Virus record (IMG/VR): IMGVR_UViG_3300043603_000001
Span: 1-29,569 of that record
Direction: 5' to 3' (one strand)
Origin: a virus
Lineage: Duplodnaviria > Caudoviricetes
Length of the DNA: 29,569 nucleotides
Every line of letters begins with the position of its first letter. Position 1 is the stretch's first letter. The notes beneath the pieces were generated by a model. That model had not been told where the DNA came from and did no database searches. It saw only the letters and a program-made list of their open reading frames with translations. A program made the position numbers and the translations under genes. Positions 1 through 9,200 of this stretch are shown piece after piece.

Positions 1-28
1 GGAAGGGTTGCGGTGGTAGGACGGCTTC

Positions 29-1207
29 ATGAGAAAGCCAGAAATTGACGGCGTGCGAGGCATCGCTATTTTACTTGTGGTCGTGTGGCACTACATCGCC
101 TGCACCGTGCAACCTGGTACCCCGTTTACTGGTGTCGTTCCGTATCTGGCGCTCACTTGGAGCGGCGTTGATCTGTTTTTCGTGCTGTCAGGATTTCTGA
201 TCGGCGGAATACTGATGGACAACCGAGAGGCCAAAAACTTCTTTTTTGTTTTCTACATTCGCCGGGCGTGCCGGATCATCCCGCTCTATGCGGTTTGGCT
301 GCTTATCTTCTTCGCGCTGGTTCGGGTCGCAACGCCGGTTGGTGATCTGGCCGTATTGATCGCAAACCCGCTGCCGCTCTGGTCCTACGCAACGTTCACC
401 CAGAATATCATGATGCCCGTTACCGGAAGTTTCGGCTCAACATGGCTTGCGGTTACGTGGTCGCTGGCAGTTGAAGAGCAGTTCTATCTGGTCTTGCCTT
501 TGGTCATCCGCTATGCGAGCCCCCGAATAATTCCGTGGATTTGCATCGCCTGTATTTTATGCGCTCCGCTCTTACGGCTGCTCTTTACGTTCTTCATTCC
601 GAACGGCGCGTTCGCGGCCTATGTGCTGCTGCCATGCAGGGCGGATTCGCTGATGCTTGGCGTCATCTCCGCTTGGATGATACGGCAACCGCGAATCCTG
701 TCTCTGCTAGCTGCCAACATTCTGGCGCTGTATTGTTTGCTCGCTATCTTGATCGTCGGCTCAGCCGTTATGACCGTCAGAGCCAATCCCCTGTTCGGCG
801 CTGGATGGCTGTCGCTCGGCTATACGTGGATCGCCCTGATGTACGCCTGCTTCCTGCTGATTGCGGTTACTGAAAAGCAGGGCGTCATTAAAATGATCAC
901 GACACTCCCGCCTTTAGTCCGCCTCGGATTGATCGCCTACGGCGTTTACATCTTACATCTCGCCGTGCTGGCCATTGTCCATTGGGCCATCTTCCGGCAA
1001 GTCCCAAGGATTGTTGACGCACCTGACATCGTTGTGACCATTGCCGCGCTTATTCTAACGGTAGCTCTGGCGCGATTATCTCTAAGAACCCTCGAAAATC
1101 CATTCGTTAATTGGGGACATCGTTTTAGATATTCATCACTGGTTTCATCTGCTCTGGTACTAAGCAGTCTGAGGCGTTACGGCGACCGCCAAGGCATCTC
1201 GCCGTGA
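29..1207 (+). CDS. Acyltransferase-3 family (OafA/Oac-like) membrane O-acyltransferase, stand-alone without SGNH domain
   Basis: Motifs IDGVRGIAILLVVVWH, GVDLFFVLSGFLI, FYIRRACRIIPLY, TWSLAVEEQFYL. Many hydrophobic segments. Confidence 0.93.
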   Translation: MRKPEIDGVRGIAILLVVVWHYIACTVQPGTPFTGVVPYLALTWSGVDLFFVLSGFLIGGILMDNREAKNFFFVFYIRRACRIIPLYAVWLLIFFALVRVATPVGDLAVLIANPLPLWSYATFTQNIMMPVTGSFGSTWLAVTWSLAVEEQFYLVLPLVIRYASPRIIPWICIACILCAPLLRLLFTFFIPNGAFAAYVLLPCRADSLMLGVISAWMIRQPRILSLLAANILALYCLLAILIVGSAVMTVRANPLFGAGWLSLGYTWIALMYACFLLIAVTEKQGVIKMITTLPPLVRLGLIAYGVYILHLAVLAIVHWAIFRQVPRIVDAPDIVVTIAALILTVALARLSLRTLENPFVNWGHRFRYSSLVSSALVLSSLRRYGDRQGISP

Positions 1208-1223
1208 GGTCAATGATCGGCCA

Positions 1224-3254
1224 TCAGAAAGACAACGGAGCCGAGAGCAGCACGCGCACCGTAACCTCTTGCGTGGACCCGAGGCTGTTCGTCACGGACA
1301 CGAGGCTCGCATTGACGAAGATCACCGACAGCTTGGAAGGGATGGTGGTCACCGAGAAGTTGGTGGATCCGGCGATTTGGTTGAGGCCGGAACTCCTGTA
1401 GAGCACAATGCCGCCCTCTGCATTGGAGGAGGATATCTCGATCAAACCGTGATCCGCCGCATACTTTGCAAATGGATCAAGGGTAATGGACGCGAGATGA
1501 GCAAGAGTAAAAGTTCCGACCCACTCATGCGCCTGTTGATTGCTGCTGGACTTGATGCCCTTCCATGTACCAACCCCCGCCGGGTTTATCGTCGTGCTGA
1601 TAAATTGACCACTGGTCGGCAACGCGGGCGCGCTTGGGCCAGGATTCAACGTCCCGGTCGCTTCGCGAATAGCAAAACTCGGTAGGCTGACAAGACTTCC
1701 GGTGTTCCAAAAACAATCGTCGATTGTAATGATGTGGCAATTGGCACCGTCAGCGTCGACCGCATAATCTCCAATGACATCACATTCACAGCCGGAAAGG
1801 GTGACATCCCTGACGCCTCTCCCGTAAAACAGCCTACCTCCCGTCTCGCAATCTCTGATTCGAACCTTGCAGTCTCGGGAAGCGGAAGTCCGGTTGAACT
1901 TGAACATGACCGATCCGGCGGCGCCCTGTTCATATCTGATGTTTCGGAATATGAATCCGAACGAGCTTTGCGTGGATGTGGTGTCGAACGAGTCAAAGCC
2001 ATTCACACCGAGATTCCAGCTTCCGCTTTCGATAAGCAAAGATGAGACGTTGACCGCATCGCCACGACGAATGAGCGGCTTCGCCATTGAGAATCCGAGG
2101 AGCCAGTGATTTGTAATATGGAGGAAGTCGCAATCGATGCCGCCGACCAACGCCCGATCAGGGTTCTGCTGGATGTCGAGGCAAATATCCGCGGCGATGG
2201 TGATACGTTCGGCTCTTGTTAGTTCCCGGCCGCGATGGTCCCAGCCAATACTTCCGTCCCCGGTACCGCCGGTCCAATTCTGGATAAACACATTCTCAAT
2301 GTGGAAGTTAGAGGTGTTTTTGGTGCTGAGTGCCTTTTTGCGTAGCGCGCTAGCGCCAATGATCGACAGGTTTTTCAAGTAGCAAAACGATGCGCCGTTG
2401 TTATCGCCGGATTTGAAATACTCGAACACGGTTTGATCGGATGTGGCGGCATTGAAAAATATCCGGGTTTCGAGTGGGGTTACACCCTCGATGCCACCAT
2501 AATTCCAGTCGATCAGAATGCCGGCGGTCAACATGAAATCGCCCTTAGGCAATACCATCGCCGCGCCGGTCGCGCGGGCGATGGTGCGCATCAGAGCAAA
2601 ACCCGCGGTGTCGGCGGTATAGTCCCCGCCCCTTACCCCGCACCACGCGCCGTTCACATAGCCGGTGGAAAGATCGAGCTCAAACCAGTTGCCGATTCCG
2701 CCGTTATCCTGAAATGCCAGCGGGCCGCCTGACGTGCCCGGCTTGTAGTAGTGCGGACTGAATATGGACAGGGCGTCGTAGCGATCGACAACGATCCGGG
2801 TCAGGCTGGTATTGATCGCCGTCCCGATAGCCTGGGCTCGCGTGGTGAAGAACTGGATTGTCCCGCCATCGAGCCCGGGTGGACCGGCCAGCACGTTAGG
2901 GGAAGCAAAGACGATGTTGCTTGAACCAAAAACAATAGGCTCGGCCGTCGTGACGGAATAGGTCCGGCTTCCGCCAACCGTTCCCAACACCACATCAACC
3001 CGCGTGCCCTGCACCACGTCATAGGCGCCGTCAAAATCCTTGGTGCGCCGCCAGTTCCCGGTCGAGGCTTCATAGATGCCGTTGAGCGTCTGATCGGTCT
3101 GGTTCTTGACCAGCACGCGATCATGCTCGGCAACCGTCACGCCGTCGAGGGTCTGCAAACCGCCAAGTGTAATGTTCGCAGTGGTCGCGACACGGCACGG
3201 AGCCTTGATCGCGGTGCCTTCGGCAACGCTATAGCGGCGATCGATCTGGGTCAT
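1224..3254 (-). CDS. Tailspike / receptor-binding protein with probable parallel beta-helix (polysaccharide depolymerase-like)
   Basis: N-terminal virion-type domain (CRVATTANITL...DRVLVKNQTD...NGIY). GAWCGVRGGDYTADTAGF...MVLPKGDF resembles the pectate-lyase-3-like start of tailspikes and is followed by beta-rich Asn/Ile/Gly sequence. Last minus-strand gene of the tail module in this window. Confidence 0.8.
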   Translation of the reverse strand: MTQIDRRYSVAEGTAIKAPCRVATTANITLGGLQTLDGVTVAEHDRVLVKNQTDQTLNGIYEASTGNWRRTKDFDGAYDVVQGTRVDVVLGTVGGSRTYSVTTAEPIVFGSSNIVFASPNVLAGPPGLDGGTIQFFTTRAQAIGTAINTSLTRIVVDRYDALSIFSPHYYKPGTSGGPLAFQDNGGIGNWFELDLSTGYVNGAWCGVRGGDYTADTAGFALMRTIARATGAAMVLPKGDFMLTAGILIDWNYGGIEGVTPLETRIFFNAATSDQTVFEYFKSGDNNGASFCYLKNLSIIGASALRKKALSTKNTSNFHIENVFIQNWTGGTGDGSIGWDHRGRELTRAERITIAADICLDIQQNPDRALVGGIDCDFLHITNHWLLGFSMAKPLIRRGDAVNVSSLLIESGSWNLGVNGFDSFDTTSTQSSFGFIFRNIRYEQGAAGSVMFKFNRTSASRDCKVRIRDCETGGRLFYGRGVRDVTLSGCECDVIGDYAVDADGANCHIITIDDCFWNTGSLVSLPSFAIREATGTLNPGPSAPALPTSGQFISTTINPAGVGTWKGIKSSSNQQAHEWVGTFTLAHLASITLDPFAKYAADHGLIEISSSNAEGGIVLYRSSGLNQIAGSTNFSVTTIPSKLSVIFVNASLVSVTNSLGSTQEVTVRVLLSAPLSF

Positions 3255-3276
3255 TAAGGGGCTTTCGTCTTACGTC

Positions 3277-6165
3277 TCATGCCGCTTCGAGAACGGCGAT
3301 CCATTCCGGCACAAGCCGGCCGGCGTCATCGGTATGCGTGCCCTCACCGTGAACAATGAAGTCGTCGGCGCGCTCTGCCATCACCACCCAATGAACGTTG
3401 TCATTCGATGCTCTGTTCTCGCAGGTAATATGAAAACTTCCGTCCTTGACCGCGGACGATTTCACGCGGTCAAAGCCGGACAGATTGTTGAGTGAAACAA
3501 CTTCGGCGTTCTGTGTCAGCGCCGCGAAGGTGCCATCCGTCATGTTGCTGGCCGGATCGATTTGAACCGTCGCCACACCCTTGGCCAGCTTGATCTTGCC
3601 CCGATAGATCAGGTCATAGCGCGGAGCTTCGACAAAGCCGTGATAGAGTTTTTTGTTTTTCGGATCGAGCGGATGATCTATCAGGAACGTGCCAGAGCCT
3701 TTGCTGAGGGCACCTGTACACGACAAACCTCCCGTGACGGCGGTGGTTCGGCCCAGATTGATGTTGCCGGTGGAGCCAAGGCCGAAGTTGATTGTTCCGG
3801 CATTCTTGGCGTCGAAAAACAATGACTCATTAGTGCCTGACGAAGTTATTTCAAACGCCACACCTCCGCCCGCAGCCGTTGACCGGACTTTAAGGCCGTT
3901 TGCGGCTGACCCTGCCGACGCGTCAACTTGAAGGGTCGGGTTGGTTGCCCCGTTGGGGCCAATGACGAGAGAGGATGCGCTATTCGAGGTGACGGTGACC
4001 GCACCCGTAAATGTAGGCGACGCCAGCGGAGCCCGCGTAGTGTCCGTGGGGTGTACGTGATCTCCTCTGGCAAACCGTGTAGACGTGCCGACCGTCGCGC
4101 TTCCATCAATGAGCGGCGTCGCGGATGCGGCTTGGGCAAGCACCATGGCCGTAGTTGCAAGCTGCGTGGTGTTGGTGTCTACCGCTGCAGTCGGGGCCGC
4201 GGGCGTGCCGGTGAAAGTCGGCGATGCCAACGCTGCCCGTGTCGTGTCGGTTGGGTGGACGTGATCAGCGCGAGCAAAGCGGGTCGATGTTCCAACAGTG
4301 GCAGAGCCATCAATTAGCGGAGTTGCCGACGCAGCCTGATTGAGAACATAGGCGTTGGTCGCAAGGTTGGTGTTGCTCGTGTCGACTGCGGCAGTGGCAC
4401 TCGTCAGGTTTGACGCTACACCCGAGGCCGGAGTACCCAGAATCGGCGCAACGAGCGTCTGCTGTCCGGCCCACGAATGCGCAGTCGAGAACACATCGGC
4501 ATTGAGCATCGCGGACGTGACTTTGGTGGCGCCAATCGTGGTCGCGTTACCAGCGCTCGTAACGTCGCCGGTCAAGTTAGCGTTAGTGGTTACGGTCGCC
4601 GCATTGCCGGAGATATTCCCCGCGATCGTGGACGAAAATGTCTGCGTGCCAGTGAAGGTTTGGGCCGCATCCGTCCGCGCGATAGTGGCGCTTGTGGCGG
4701 GTAAAGTGAAAGTCTGTCCATCCGCCGCCGCCGCAATGTTCATGGAGCTTTGCAGGCCGACTGCCTTTCCAGAGCCGACAGCAAGCGTCGCGGTTGACGC
4801 CGGCGCGGTGATCACAACATTGTTGAATGTGTTGGAGGCAACATTGGTCGCAACAGTGATGCTGGACGTAAAAGTTGGGGCAGCTGCCCGCACAACCGCG
4901 CCAGTGCCAGTATTGGTGGTCGCCGCAACACCGTTGATCGAAAATGAATTACCAGTGCCGGCTGTATCATAGGTCTTGTTCGTCAGCGTGTCGGTGGTCG
5001 CCTTACCGACAAGCGTGTCGGTCGCGGCAGGGAGGGTCAGCGTTGTGCTTCCCGCCGCCGCGGCCGCATTCAGGATCGTCGTGCCGGACGATGACCCGGC
5101 AAGGATCAGCTTGCCGCTATTGAACGTCTTGGCGCCGGTAACCGTCTCGATGTTGCCCAAGGTCATCACAGTGCCGGACGATGCCGGGCCGGTCAGCGTG
5201 ACGCCGTCTGGAATGGTTAGTGTAGCGGCAGAGGCCGGGGCGGTGATCGTAAGCTTGTTGATGGTGGTCGCCGTTGCGACGCCAAGAACAGGCGTAACGA
5301 ACGCCGGAGTATTGGCAAAGACCAGCGCCCCTGATCCGGTTTCATCCGAAATAACCCCGGCAAGTTCCGCCGATGTCGTCGCTGCAAAGGCCGACAGTTT
5401 ATTCGAGGTCAGCGCAAGCGTCCCGCTGGCGTCCGGTATCGTGAGCGTGCGCGTCGTCGCGGTCGTAATGCCGGACAACTGGAACTGAAGCTGCTTGGTC
5501 GCGTCGCCATTGTCCTGAAGCGTAAGAGCGCTGTCGCTTGCCGTCAGGGTGATTCCGGAGAACGTGCCTCCCGTAACGGTCTTGCCTGTGAACGTCAGAG
5601 CGCTCGGAAGCGAGAGCGTCGGGTTGGCGGAAACGCCGCTGCCGTTCGTGACCGTGATTTCATTGGTCGTGCCAACAATGGACCGCGTCGTGTAGGACGT
5701 AACCCCGGCCCGGACTATCAGGCCGGTTGTGGAAAGCGTGGCCAAGGCAGCAAGCTCGGGACCTGGTGCAAGCTCCGTGATGACGATGCCGGACGTGCCA
5801 ATCGATAGAGGATCGGCAGAGGTGATGCTGAAATCCTTCAGCGCATTGGCTGTACCGCCCGTAACCAGAATGCGCGTGCCTCGAACGATCTCATGCGCGC
5901 CGTCCAAATCAATCGCTCTTGTCCAGTTGCCCGATGAGGCATTGTAAATGCCGTTCAAGATCGTATCGGTCTGGTTCTTGACCAACACCCGCTCGGCATC
6001 GAGCAGCACTATTCCATCAACGGTCTGCAGACCTGACAGCGTGATATTCGCCGTCGTGGCGGCGCGGCACGGCGTCTTGATCGCAAGGCCCGGATTGGGG
6101 TCAGCCGGACGCGCGGACGAATCCGTTCCGTCCACTGTCCTGCCCAGGCGGTCGATAATTGCCAT
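3277..6165 (-). CDS. Long tail fibre protein
   Basis: Thr/Ala/Gly-rich 962 aa with the same N-terminal domain as the tailspike. Fibre-type repeats (ARADHVHPTDTTRAPLASPTFTG, TNTTQLATT, TLTLPAATDTLVG). C-terminal GTFLIDHPLDP..NKKLYH..VE domain. Confidence 0.85.
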   Translation of the reverse strand: MAIIDRLGRTVDGTDSSARPADPNPGLAIKTPCRAATTANITLSGLQTVDGIVLLDAERVLVKNQTDTILNGIYNASSGNWTRAIDLDGAHEIVRGTRILVTGGTANALKDFSITSADPLSIGTSGIVITELAPGPELAALATLSTTGLIVRAGVTSYTTRSIVGTTNEITVTNGSGVSANPTLSLPSALTFTGKTVTGGTFSGITLTASDSALTLQDNGDATKQLQFQLSGITTATTRTLTIPDASGTLALTSNKLSAFAATTSAELAGVISDETGSGALVFANTPAFVTPVLGVATATTINKLTITAPASAATLTIPDGVTLTGPASSGTVMTLGNIETVTGAKTFNSGKLILAGSSSGTTILNAAAAAGSTTLTLPAATDTLVGKATTDTLTNKTYDTAGTGNSFSINGVAATTNTGTGAVVRAAAPTFTSSITVATNVASNTFNNVVITAPASTATLAVGSGKAVGLQSSMNIAAAADGQTFTLPATSATIARTDAAQTFTGTQTFSSTIAGNISGNAATVTTNANLTGDVTSAGNATTIGATKVTSAMLNADVFSTAHSWAGQQTLVAPILGTPASGVASNLTSATAAVDTSNTNLATNAYVLNQAASATPLIDGSATVGTSTRFARADHVHPTDTTRAALASPTFTGTPAAPTAAVDTNTTQLATTAMVLAQAASATPLIDGSATVGTSTRFARGDHVHPTDTTRAPLASPTFTGAVTVTSNSASSLVIGPNGATNPTLQVDASAGSAANGLKVRSTAAGGGVAFEITSSGTNESLFFDAKNAGTINFGLGSTGNINLGRTTAVTGGLSCTGALSKGSGTFLIDHPLDPKNKKLYHGFVEAPRYDLIYRGKIKLAKGVATVQIDPASNMTDGTFAALTQNAEVVSLNNLSGFDRVKSSAVKDGSFHITCENRASNDNVHWVVMAERADDFIVHGEGTHTDDAGRLVPEWIAVLEAA
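4003..4395 (-). repeat. Tandem intragenic duplication, period 204 nt / 68 aa, in tail fibre
   Basis: QAASATPLIDGSATVGTSTRFAR[A/G]DHVHPTDTTRA[A/P]LASPTFTG occurs twice (4207-4338 and 4003-4134). Confidence 0.95.
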
Positions 6166-6178
6166 TCAGTGCTGCCTC

Positions 6179-6204
6179 AAAGAAAAACCCGCCACGGGGC
6201 GGGT
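6179..6204 (-). terminator. Intrinsic terminator between the large ejection protein and the tail fibre
   Basis: Minus strand ACCCGCC-CCGT-GGCGGGT-TTTTCTTT. Confidence 0.75.
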
Positions 6205-6229
6205 CGGAATGTCGCGATGTCGTTTTGTG

Positions 6230-9200
6230 CTAGTGGACCGTTTCCGCGCCGCGGAGTTTTGCGGTCTTGGCGTCGGTAGCCTGTTTGATGATGCCTGGAT
6301 TCTGCATCATCACCAAGGTTCGCGCCGATTCCCGCGAGCTTGAGATAACGTTGTGGATCAGTTCAATTCTGGTAGCGGGTGGAACGCTCGGATTGCTGAT
6401 GATGTTGACCATCGCGTTCAATCGGGTCTTTGCCATCCGCCCCGCCACTCTAGCGAGATCGTCGTATTGTTCTTCCGTCAGATCGATGCCGCGAATTTTC
6501 TTGCCGATTTTCCCCACGCCGATATGCAATTCGTCCATCGCCTTGATGACAGGATCGCTGGCGTAATCGGGTATCGATCCACCGTTGGGCATCGGCTCCC
6601 CGAACATATCCCTTCGCGGCATCAAGCGTTCCGACAGCCACGGAATTTTCGCCTGCGCTGCTTGCCAGATGCCCTTGGTCTCTCGCTGGAACGGATCGAT
6701 CTTTCGCGCTACCTGGGACATGCCGACCGACCACGGAATCCAGTTCGTGATCTGGCTTTTGATGTAGCGGCCGCCATATTCCTTCGGGTGAAACATGGCG
6801 TCGAGCGCGTCTTTAAAACCACGGAGAAACGTTTCGTCCAGAACCGACTTTGAAAAGCCTTCGAAGAATGACACGGCCAGCGCCGACATATCCTTGTCAC
6901 CCATGTGCTCAGCCGTCTCGTAGGTATTTGCGGCAAACCGCATCAACATGCCCAAGGGGCCAGTGTTGCCGTATTTGAACGTGATGTCCCCGATCTGGAT
7001 CGATGCCGGGGTATGCGTCAGCAGCCACACGGCGCGCTTGGCAGGTTCTTCCGGCCCATCCCCGGTCATCAGGCCTTCGGCCATCATGCCAACGGTCGCG
7101 CCCATCAGCGCCACGCCGCCCGCGATCTTGGCGGACTGAAAATCGATCTGCGCCCCGCCGTGCTCGCCCGACAAATCCGCACGGACCTTCTTGTCCAGCA
7201 AGCCAAGCGGCGTTCGCTCAATAAAGGCGTTGCGCGTGATCTGCGACCCGATCTTCATGAAGGGAACGATGATCTTGGCCGGCAGAAAGTTATTCGTGAA
7301 CCTGACCAGTCCCCCGATGCTGGAATGATAATCGGTCGGCGACATATACAGTTCTTTGAGCGCGTTCTTGGTCGCATCCGCCATCATGGCTTCGGTCGGA
7401 CTTGTCGTCAGGTCCGAAACACGGTTGGCGAAAGCATCGCCCGAAAGCCCCTCCTCGGCCGCCGTGCGATAAGCCAAGGCTTGAACGTTCTGTTCATATC
7501 GAAGCGACTTGAAAAACGAATGGATCGCAGCCACCGACTTACTCGGGATATTGAGCACTTCACCAAGCTTACCGGGAATTGCCCTATTCGCTTGCGCAAA
7601 ATGAGGTGAGACCTTTTCGCTCGGCAGAACCGGAGACACTCCGGAGGTGAACGCTTCGATGGCCGCGCTCAGTCCATCCCGCGAGCCCTTGACCAGCCCA
7701 TAGAGCTGCGCGCCAGCCTCTCCTAAATGGACCCGCTCGCCGGTAGCCCCGCCCATTTCCCTGATCTTGCCAATTCCGGCCGCGATCGGGACTTCCACAA
7801 GCGGGGTCCAAAGCGCGTTGATCGCGTTCGAGACGACATAGCGGGAATGCGTGACCGGACCTGAAATCAGCGCGTTGATGTAGTATTCCAGAACTGCGTT
7901 GCGGAACGTGCCCTTCGAGGTGTCGGTGATAAACTTCGAGGTCTGTTGCGGCGTTTGCAGCTTTGAGAGGAATTTTGCCTCTTGCTGAAGTTGGAACAGG
8001 GTCTTACCCGTCGCCTCCTTTAGAAAATCACTGACATCGCCCGCCACGCCATCGGTGAACTTGGACTGGAACGCCCGAAGGGCTCGCCCGGCCTCTGCGG
8101 TGACGCTGGAAACTCGTTCCTGAATAAGCTGGTGTCGGGCCTTGGCCTGCGCATAGGCCATCACATCGGCTTCTGCGCCCTGTGCGGCCTTGCCTGCGAG
8201 TTCATGCACCGATTGTGCGGACTGGATCAGGAGCCTCCGGAGCGCCACGATCTGCGGCGCCGTCCAAGCTTCCCCTAATTGGCGGGAATCGATGAAGGCG
8301 GCGTCCACCCCGGCGGCTTCGGCAAGATCTAATACCTGGGCATCCGACACCGGGCCCCTGACGTTTTGGAAGTCGCCGTTGTCCTCGGCGGTCTGCCGGA
8401 TGATCTGGTTGAGTTCTTCGGTGGTGTTGAGGTTGTCGAGCCGGATATTCCCGGCCTTATCGGGGAACTTGTCGTGCGCGCTTACCGGGGTTTCTGTTCG
8501 AGCGACTTTTGGTGTTCCACCGCTTTGACCCGAAGCTTCAATTCCGCCCGTGCCGACCGTTCCAGATGCTTCAGCGTTTCCAGCTTCTCCGGGGATTGAT
8601 CCGGTCGCATCTGCATGACCGTCAGGTTTTGAATCTCCTGCCGACAGTCTTTCAGCTTTTGCTCTAATATCTTCAAGGCGGGCATTCTGATCCTCGGGGA
8701 GGTGCCGGGCCGCTACGCTATCACGTTCGGCGGTAATTGTCTCTGCCGCCGGATGCGCCATTTCGGGCGGAGTATTGAGCGCATCCGCCTCATGGATATC
8801 AGCGAAGGTCTTTGCTGGGCCTTCCGGCTCGATTTTAACGTCCTCTGGCTTGGTGGTCAGGAGCCGGTCGAAAACCCCCCGGATTTCGTCATTGATGGGC
8901 GATTTCAGGCGGGTGACGGTCTGGTAAATCCGGGTCAGCCAATCCTTGAACTTGGCGAATACGTTGGCAAGGGCCTGCGTCGGGGCCTTGCCCTCCATCA
9001 TGTAGCGCTCGAACCCGCGGGCGAACTTCTCGTGATGGCTGGTCTTGATCTGCTCGGCAGTCTGGACGCCCAGCCAGTCGAGAACCGTGATCGCGTCCTG
9101 CTTTAGTTCGGCTGGCGCTTTGGGATGCTCGGAATCCTTCATCAGTTCTTCCAGCCATTGATGGCCGGTTTCGTGAATGAAGGTCGAGGCGTTGGCGTCC

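Noticed and set aside
1204-1401. 65-aa plus-strand ORF overlapping the acyltransferase stop (GTGA)
   Set aside because: Lies almost wholly antisense to the tailspike 3' end and reads as its mirror frame; no independent support.
1224-6165. Possible diversity-generating retroelement, as in BPP-1
   Set aside because: No reverse transcriptase in the window. The repeats found differ at synonymous positions of all bases, not specifically at adenines as in a TR/VR pair.
4355-6343. Long plus-strand ORFs (205, 170, 131 aa) opposite the tail fibre
   Set aside because: Antisense shadows of the Thr/Ala-rich coding frame (Val/Ala-rich mirror composition), with no RBS or motifs.
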